NCBI GenBank assembly: GCA_030141605.1
Contig: JAQGDQ010000829.1
Location: forward strand, 1-64,000
DNA length: 64,000 bases
Direction: 5' to 3'
From: Tubiluchus corallicola
Taxonomy: Eukaryota; Animalia; Priapulida
Each line of letters opens with the position of its first letter. Position 1 is the stretch's first letter. Below the pieces are notes generated by a model. The model worked only from the letters and a program-made list of their open reading frames with translations, did no database searches and had not been told where the DNA came from. The translations under genes and the position numbers were made by a program. Shown here piece after piece: positions 55,867 to 64,000 of this stretch.

Positions 55867-58821
55867 ATGTCTGCAAAGACTCTACTGTGTTTAGCAACAC
55901 TCGCTTTACTCTATGGTGCTGGTAAGTCTATGAACAGTAACCTAATTGATCATATAGGTCATTATCAACTATTGTTACAGCCATCATTAATATTTTGGTC
56001 AGGCTTCATTACCCGAATCATAATTGTTAACAAGTAATCCACTTCCATTTGTTTACACGGTCCTTCATTAATTTAATTTCCAATTTTCTTTTGCAGTTGT
56101 TCATGTTTAACCAATGACCAATATCACCTTATATTACCCTAATCAAATTGCTCTTAACTATTCATTTTAGGAGTAAGTACAATAACCATTTTATTCTACA
56201 TAAAAGTGCTGGATGCAGCATCAAGATGCATCTAAGGAACTCCAAATGTGAGGGTAACATACGTTCATACTGTCCTGTACATGTTGCCCTTTTTCTGATA
56301 TTAAATTTTATAACTGTAATTGTACAGTGATCAGAAATTATTTTGATATAGGACAAAATTTAATGAAATAGTGTATTTATTAGAAAACGTGCCAGGATTT
56401 TGAAAGTGTTTCCCTCACAGTTTACTGATGTGGGAATCCCTAAAATCAACAGAGGTATCATGCAGACTAATACTACCCTAATGTACCTACCCTGATGATA
56501 ATGATGTAAATATGTTGATACTTCAAAAGCAGATAAGACAAGGAAACGCAAATCTGCTTGGCATTGATAGCAATATAGTAATAGTAATAATAAATTTATT
56601 TAGCTTCATAAACTTAATACAGTAGTTAAGATGTTAGTGCATATTATGCATTAAATATGAGCAGAGGTGACGATGGCCATACGGTCACCCAGTCAGTCAC
56701 CTCTAGATGTTCGTAACTTTGATATTGTGCAGGTAGCAATAATGAAAGTCATAATTACATAAATTCGCAAAAATGAAAATGCAAACATGTCTACATACAT
56801 TACCTACACGCATACTTATACATACAAATACTGAAAATGAGATTAGGTAATAGAATAATAATCATAAGCATAATGAGAAAAATAATACAGTCTTGCCAAT
56901 TTTTTTTTGGGGGGGGGGGCAGATTAACGTTATTAAAGGAATCAAAATGAAGAATGAGATGCCAAGACCTTAAACTAAAGACCATAGGGACATAAGATAT
57001 AAGTTAATTTATTTCCACTGTGCATCTAACAATTATAATAAAAATACAGATAATTTTACTGAAGTTAATATAAATATAAATGCAGTATTATCCAGAAATT
57101 ACAAAATGCAGCATATATATGTGCAAATTACATTACAGAATAATTTTGATGCATACAGTTTGAGGCTAAAAGCATAGCTTGACAGGCCAAACTGTACGTG
57201 GAAATCATAAAGAAGTGTTTAATAATTGAAATAATGAAATAATGATAATATATACATAAAAGTGGTGGAGGATGGGGGGATGGGGGGAGGAGTAGTGAAT
57301 GAAAGATGAAATGAAGCGAGAACTAAGAAAAACTGTGATCATGATTATAAAGTGTTCAGTAACCTGTTGAGCATAGTCACGTTTTATTAAGATTACTGTG
57401 GAAAAAGAATGCAGGTGATTACCATGATCAAACTGTGTTACTACCAATACTTTTGAAATATTTCTTTTCTGACGGTTTTTTTAAAAGTTGAAACGGAGTG
57501 ACTACATTTTGAATTGCGGCTTAGTCTATTTCATAGGACTGTGTCTGGTATTGTATTTTTTTACATTTATCTTGACTCGATTTTCAAAAAAAAGTTGGAA
57601 ATAAGTTGTTGATCAATTGACATGTTGATCAAGCGAGAGATCAAATTCACAATGACTGATTCCCCATGTTTTCTATGTTTATTTCAGCGCAGTCCATCAA
57701 ATGCTACGTTTGTAACACTCTGACTGATAATGCATGCACTGATCCATTTGATAAAACTTCCAGTGCAGTTAAAAACTTTGAAAAAGACAATTGCAACTCG
57801 TGCACGAAGACCAAAGGTGAAGCAGGTAAGAGGTTTATTATGTAAAGCAATTTGTGGTTTTTTTAGGATAGCTTTGCTGCCAAACTGATGAAACCGGTAC
57901 ACTGCAATTGGGGAAAATCTCTAATCTTTATTTCTGCTTGTGATTGTTTGACTGAAAAACTAATTGACTAAAAACATTTTACTGCATAAACTCGATGTTT
58001 TATCTAAATGCAATAATGGTTTTATCTAAATTTAATAATGGTTTTATCTAAATGCAATAACGGTTTTATCTGAATGCAGCAATGGTTTTATTTAAATGCA
58101 ATAATGGTTTTACCTAAATGCAATAATAATTTTATCTAAACGCAACAATGGTTTTTATCTAAATGCAATAATGGTTTTATCAATAATGGTTTTATCTAAA
58201 TGCAACAATGGTTTTTATCTAAATGTAATAATGGTTTTATCTAAATGCAACAATGGTTTTATCTAAATGCAATAATGGTTTTACCTAAATGCAATAATAA
58301 TTTTATCTAAATGCAACAATGGTTATTATCTAAATGCAATAATGGTTTTATCTAAATGCAACAATGGTTTTTATCTAAATGCAATAATGGTTTTATCTAA
58401 ATGCAACAATGGTTTCTACCTAAATGCAACAATGGTTTTTATCTAAATGCAATAATGGTTTTATCTAAATGCAATAATGGTTTTACCTAAATGCAATAAT
58501 GGTTTTATCTAAATGCAACAATGGTTTTTATCTAAATGCAACAATGGTTTTTATCTAAATGCAATAATGGTTTTATCTAAATGCAATAATGGTTTTATTT
58601 TTGTTACCTCATACGTAGGTGACCTTGTTACCATAGCGAGAGTTTGTGGAGGAACTCTAAGTGATGGTTGCCATGAAGAAGAATCTGGCGGAGCTTCAAT
58701 TTCAGTGTGCACATGCTCTACAGACCTCTGCAACGGAGTTGAAGCTAAGCATGCATCAGCATCTTTCCTTGGCATGCTGGGAATTGCTTTAGCTGCAGTG
58801 GCTTTTATGCACGTCTATTAA
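55867..58821 (+). CDS. Ly6/uPAR three-finger protein D, 131 aa; exons 55867-55921, 57688-57825, 58619-58821
   Basis: MSAKTLLCLATLALLYGA / AQSIKCYVCNTLTDNACTDPF...CNSC / ...VCTCSTDLCN plus hydrophobic tail. Confidence 0.92.
57997..58597. repeat. 22-bp minisatellite (ttttatctaaatgcaataatgg), about 27 copies, intron 2 of gene D
   Basis: Direct reading. Confidence 0.9.
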
Positions 58822-59753
58822 TTTTGCAATATATACAGTATTGTTGTCTATAATCCGCCAGTGGAACAAAACACAAAATATGTAAAAAATCGTAGTTTTG
58901 TTAATTATATTGCTTATTAGTGTACTTATAGCTCACCGTCAGGCAACCTGGAGCAAAATATGCAGATGCAATGCAGAAATGAAATGAAATTTATAAAAGT
59001 ATTAATTATTTAAAATGTTTTCACCCACTTGGTAAAATGTCTTTGACTCACCTCCAGGGTGCACCACTCACTAACCAAAAAAAACGTATTTCTAATTTTA
59101 TTGACCAGATAGGGGTAATTTAAAGTTTATTCAGCTAGTAACGTGTGTGCTACGAACGCTCGGAGTATTTTTTCAGACTTTACACAAGGTTATCAAAACT
59201 TGTTACAAATGACTTAACCAGTCAAAATGGCTGCGTCCAACGGTCACAGCGGGAGTTTTAATTTAAATGTTTTATTAAGCGTTATGGCCGACTTCCATTA
59301 AAGATCTCGCATGAAGCAGCTTTAAAAGAAGAAAAACTGCCTCTTGCTTTCAAAAAAACTTTATCGACAGTCATCGTCCTCTCCTCCCCTCCTCCGCCTC
59401 ATCATTATTGTTGTCATTCATTTTCATCACCGTCGCCACTTAGTTTCTGCAATGGCCTCTCCAAGCAGCGTGGAGAACAGGGCGGAAACTAAAAAAGTTC
59501 TGGAAAAAACGGGACACAAATTTATAGCTTATAAATGCAATAGCACATCAATGCGACTTTCAACTTTTTTCCTAGTTAGTTGTGCTTATTTAATTCACTG
59601 TGATATTTGGCTTCACAAATAAATACATTAATTAACCTTGTCTTTTTAATTAATTATAACCTAGTGTTTTTATTTCATAATTGTGTATGACTATTGTTAT
59701 TTAGAGTGTTACGATATTAATCATTATCATAGAACTTGTTTATAGAACTAATG

Positions 59754-60230
59754 TAGGTTTTACATGTCAAATGTAGACCTACGTTAACTCAAATGTAGAT
59801 TTAGGTAATTCAAATGTGTCTTGGTAACTCAAATGTAGACTTAGGTAGTTCAAATGTGTTAACAATGGTTTTCAAGAAATCTTAAGCGTTTTGGAAAGTC
59901 AAATGTGACATTGGTATCTCAAATGTGGATAGGTGTTAATGTTCAAAGATGTTAAATTTAATATTCTTTAATTTCAATTTAATAATTGCTCCTAAGTTAA
60001 AATAACAACGTTATAGGCCTACTAATAGATGCACTATCTTTGGTTTATCATTTTCTAATTTGCACTTAAAAAAACTTAGTTACCGATTTCTTCAAAGCAA
60101 TGCATCTACATTTGACTTACCCAAGTCACATTTGAGTTACCAAAACACATTCGAAATTCCTATGCCTACATTTGACTTACCTAAATCACATTTGAACTTT
60201 CCCGTATCTACATTTGACGTGTGAAACCTA
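59754..60230. mobile_element. Foldback MITE with internally repetitive inverted arms
   Basis: taggtttt..catgtcaaatgtaga versus tctacatttgacgtgtgaaaccta; caaatgt and acatttg repeats on the two arms. Confidence 0.65.
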
Positions 60231-60721
60231 TAGTAGAAATTTAGTATAATATGTATAATATAATTTGGTATAATATTTAGTATAACCAGAATATTTTTAC
60301 ATTACTTGAGTCTTTCACGGGCTATAAAATGTCTGAATTTTAAATTTTTATGCAGTAAGTTATAGCTTCAATGTACAATGTTCTTCAACTCATTATAGTT
60401 GAAGTAAGATTCAGTAAAATGCAGTTCCTATAAACATTTTTCTTAAAAATACTTAAAATCAGTTTAAATTGAAACAAAATGCTTACCGATGAGTTACAGT
60501 TTCTTTACAGTTTTTTTACAATCTTAACAGTTAATTAAAGATCTTTATTGAATTACAGTTTCTGCAAAAGTTTTCTTTAAATTTTGACAACCTAAATTAA
60601 GTCAATAAGACCCCCTAATGGTGCAAAATGGAATAAAAGATAATATAAACAGCAGACAATTTTAAACTTTCAGACTATCAGCAAGTCTGTCTTTAACTGC
60701 AGAACTCCAGAGACCTTGTCA

Positions 60722-61228
60722 AGTCATGTTCTCGTTCTAATAATAGAGTGGAAATTAAGAGAAAGACATCAGTTGAACACATGATGTTCTCGTTCTAATA
60801 ATAGAGTGGAAATTAAGATAAGAGAGAGACATCAATTTAACACATGATGTTCTCGTTCTAATATGTAGAGTGGAAATTAAGAGAGAGACATCAATTTAAC
60901 GCATGATGTTCTCGTTCTAATATGTAGAGTAGAAATTAAGATAAGAGAGAGACATCAATTTGACACATGATGTTCTTGTTCTAATATGTAGAGTGGAAAT
61001 TAAGAGAGTGACATCAATTTAACACATGATGTTCTCGTTCTAATATGAAGAGTGGAAATTAAGAGAGAAACATCAATTTAACACATGATGTTCTTGCTCT
61101 AATATGTAGAGTGGAAATTAAGAGAGTGACATCAATTTAACACATGATGTTCTCGTTCTAATATGTAGAGTGGAAATTAAGAGAGAGACATCAATTTAAC
61201 ACATGATGTTCTTGTTCTCATATGTAGA
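60722..61228. repeat. About 59-bp minisatellite, about 8 copies, just upstream of gene E
   Basis: Unit acatgatgttctcgttctaatatgtagagtggaaattaagagagagacatcaatttaac. Confidence 0.9.
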
Positions 61229-61351
61229 ATTAAAATGGCGACTTTATAGTGATAAACGTGTCAGAAATAACTAATAACACAACACGTCATAATTAAGTAA
61301 CCATGACGACAACTACGCCAATGTATGACCCTGGCTTGACCGCTTGTCATC

Positions 61352-61558
61352 ATGCTTCTGCAAATGGTCCTACTTGGTCTATTTCTCACATCTCTTTTTG
61401 TTTTAAATTACGCAGGTAAATATTTTATTATTATTATTATTACTGAGTCTATATTGGCACTAGACCTTCAGTCAGCAGCTACAATAGACACAACTGTCAC
61501 ACTCTCACTATCATCTTCAATACTATCTCTCATTGCATGTTCGTTTTACACTAGCATT

Positions 61559-61612
<54 letters not shown>

Positions 61613-63908
61613 ATTATTATCCGAACATCTCTGCCGGCTCAGTGCTTTATCTCATTGAATTATCTTTGATAAAGAGCCAGAGTCCAGCCTAGCCACAGTT
61701 ACCCACATTAAGTAGGCCCTTGCTTCGAAAGGTGGATTCCAGGTCATGGTGTGCTTACGGTGCACTGTCTTTTTTTGAAGTTGAACGTTTATGTTAGCAT
61801 GCCTACAGACACTTGTCTTCCTTGGGTTTCTTCCCAGTTTGAAGTTGAACGTATATGTTAGCATGCCTACAGACACTTGTCTTCCTTGGGTTTCTTCCCA
61901 GTTTGAAGTTGAACGTATATGTTAGCATGCCTACAGACACTTGTCTTCCTTGGGTTTCTTCCCAGTTTGAAGTTGAACGTATATGTTAGCATGCCTACAG
62001 ACACTTGTCTTCCTTGGGTTTCTTCCCAGTTTGAAGTTGAACGTATATGTTAGCATGCCTACAGACACTTGTCTTCCTTGGGTTTCTTCCCAGTTTGAAG
62101 TTGAACGTATATGTTAGCATGCCTACAGACACTTGTCTTCCTTGGGTTTCTTCCCCGTTTGAAGTTGAACGTATATGTTAGCATGCCTACAGACACTTGT
62201 CTTCCTTGGGTTTCTTCCCAGTTTGAAGTTGAACGTATATGTTAGCATGCCTACAGACACTTGTCTTCCTTGGGTTTCTTCCCAGTTTGAAGTTGAACGT
62301 ATATGTTAGCATGCCTACAGACACTTGTCTTCCTTGGGTTTCTTCCCAGTTTGAAGTTGAACGTATATGTTAGCATGCCTACAGACACTTGTCTTCCTTG
62401 GGTTTCTTCCCAGTTTGAAGTTGAACGTATATGTTAGCATGCCTACAGACACTTGTCTTCCTTGGGTTTCTTCCAGTTTGAAGTTGAACGTATATGTTAG
62501 CATGCCTACAGACACTTGTCTTCCTTGGGTTTCTTCCCAGTTTGAAGTTGAACGTATATGTTAGCATGCCTACAGACACTTGTCTTCCTTGGGTTTCTTC
62601 CCAGTTTGAAGTTGAACGTATATGTTAGCATGCCTACAGACACTTGTCTTCCTTGGGTTTCTTCCCAGTTTGAAGTTGAACGTATATGTTAGCATGCCTA
62701 CAGACACTTGTCTTCCTTGGGTTTCTTCCCCGTTTGAAGTTGAACGTATATGTTAGCATGCCTACAGACACTTGTCTTCCTTGGGTTTCTTCCCAGTTTG
62801 AAGTTGAACGTATATGTTAGCATGCCTACAGACACTTGTCTTCCTTGGGTTTCTTCCCAGTTTGAAGTTGAACGTATATGTTAGCATGCCTACAGACACT
62901 TGTCTTCCTTGGGTTTCTTCCCAGTTTGAAGTTGAACGTATATGTTAGCATGCCTACAGACACTTGTCTTCCTTGGGTTTCTTCCCAGTTTGGTGATTAC
63001 CTAAGTGGGTAAATCTCAAAATGTACAGGCGTGGCTGTTGAGCATTTGTCTGTTGCATAAAACTATTTAAAGCATAAGCATCTTTGAACTATGGCTTAGG
63101 ATCAGCTAGAACTAGCTAGCTCATCTTTGAACTATGGTTTAGGATCAGCTAGAACTAGTTAGCTCATCTTTGAACTATGGCTTAGGACCAGCTATAACTA
63201 GTTATCTCATCTTTGTACTATGGCTTAGGACCAGCTATAACTAGTTAGCTCATCTTTGAACTATGGCTTTGGACCAGCTAGAACTAGTTAGCTCATCATT
63301 GAACTATGGCTTAGGGTCAGCTAGAACTAGTTAGCTCATCTTTGAACTATGACTTAGGGCCAGCTAGAACTAGTTAGCTCATCATTGAACTATGGCTTAG
63401 GGTCAGCTAGAACTAGCTAGCTCATCTTAGAACTATGGCTTAGGATCAACTAGAACTAGTTAGCTCATCTTTGAACTGTGCTTAGGATCAGTTAAAACTA
63501 GTTAGAGCGCCTTTGAACTATGGCTTAGGATCAGCTAAAGCTACTTAAAGTATCCTGAACTATGGCTTAGGATCAGCTAAAACTAGTTAAAGCATCTTTT
63601 AATTTTAGGCTTAGGATCAGCTGTAAACAGTTATTTTTACTTTACATTTAATTAAGGCGGAAAACGTTAGCTACAGAGAGATTAGCTCAATTATTTCAGT
63701 AGCTTTTGTTTTCCAGGAATTGGTATCAAATGCTTTACTTGCGAGTTTGATCCTCATAACATCTATGGCTCCCCATGTCGGGCCCTAAAAACCATTGACA
63801 GGCAAGAATTCTTGAAGACTTTAATACGGGAATTCACTTTTCCACGGAAAGTTACTGTTAAAGGAAAGGACAACTGCGCCAGCTGCTCATTGATTAAAAT
63901 GAAAAAAG
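61352..63908 (+). CDS. Divergent Ly6/uPAR-like gene E, partial; exons 61352-61415 and 63717-63908, exon 3 presumably beyond window
   Basis: Signal peptide MLLQMVLLGLFLTSLFVLNYA with phase-1 donor. Acceptor ttttccag, then GIKCFTCEFD...PC...DNCASC (Cys 1-5 pattern); donor G|gtaac. Confidence 0.75.
61774..62991. repeat. 64-bp near-perfect tandem repeat, about 19 copies, intron 1 of gene E
   Basis: Unit tttgaagttgaacgtatatgttagcatgcctacagacacttgtcttccttgggtttcttcccag; no spacers. Confidence 0.95.
63078..63620. repeat. 43-bp minisatellite, about 12 copies, intron 1 of gene E
   Basis: Unit catctttgaactatggcttaggatcagctagaactagttagct. Confidence 0.9.
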
Positions 63909-64000
63909 GTAACAACTCGATGTTAAATGGAAAATGATTATATATTGGAAATAACGGGTACAGCGCTTGTAGAACAGGTTCTCCGTACTTTAGTGGCTCA

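Noticed and set aside
38621-58821. Secreted three-finger toxins
   Set aside because: All complete members keep a hydrophobic C-terminal GPI-type signal, so they are predicted to be membrane-anchored.
61774-62991. CRISPR-like array (also considered for 24170-25030, 27495-28864, 53895-54353 and 60722-61228)
   Set aside because: Head-to-tail units with no unique spacers, no cas genes, and a eukaryotic context.

Overview
AT-rich, intron- and microsatellite-rich eukaryotic DNA, most likely from an invertebrate animal. The ORF track is mostly repeat noise, so gene models were built by hand from splice signals and reading phase. (1) An 11-exon minus-strand gene (23917->7450, about 1592 aa) has a 3.6-kb low-complexity first coding exon, three IQ motifs and a C-terminus resembling IQCM. 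Exons 9-10 also occur as a near-identical inverted duplicate at the window start, ending in a (CA)n microsatellite. (2) A plus-strand tandem cluster of Ly6/uPAR (three-finger, quiver/sleepless-like) genes includes three complete 3-exon genes with predicted GPI signals (38621-41681, 46132-49880, 55867-58821). It also has an orphan signal-peptide exon (30088-30142) and a divergent member running off the window end (61352->63908+). The two closest paralogs differ almost only at non-synonymous sites in the loops while neighbouring intron sequence is identical, and most promoters carry an RFX X-box-like palindrome. The rest is MITEs, LINE/SINE/LTR remnants and many minisatellites. No prokaryotic-type system (CRISPR, operon) is present.
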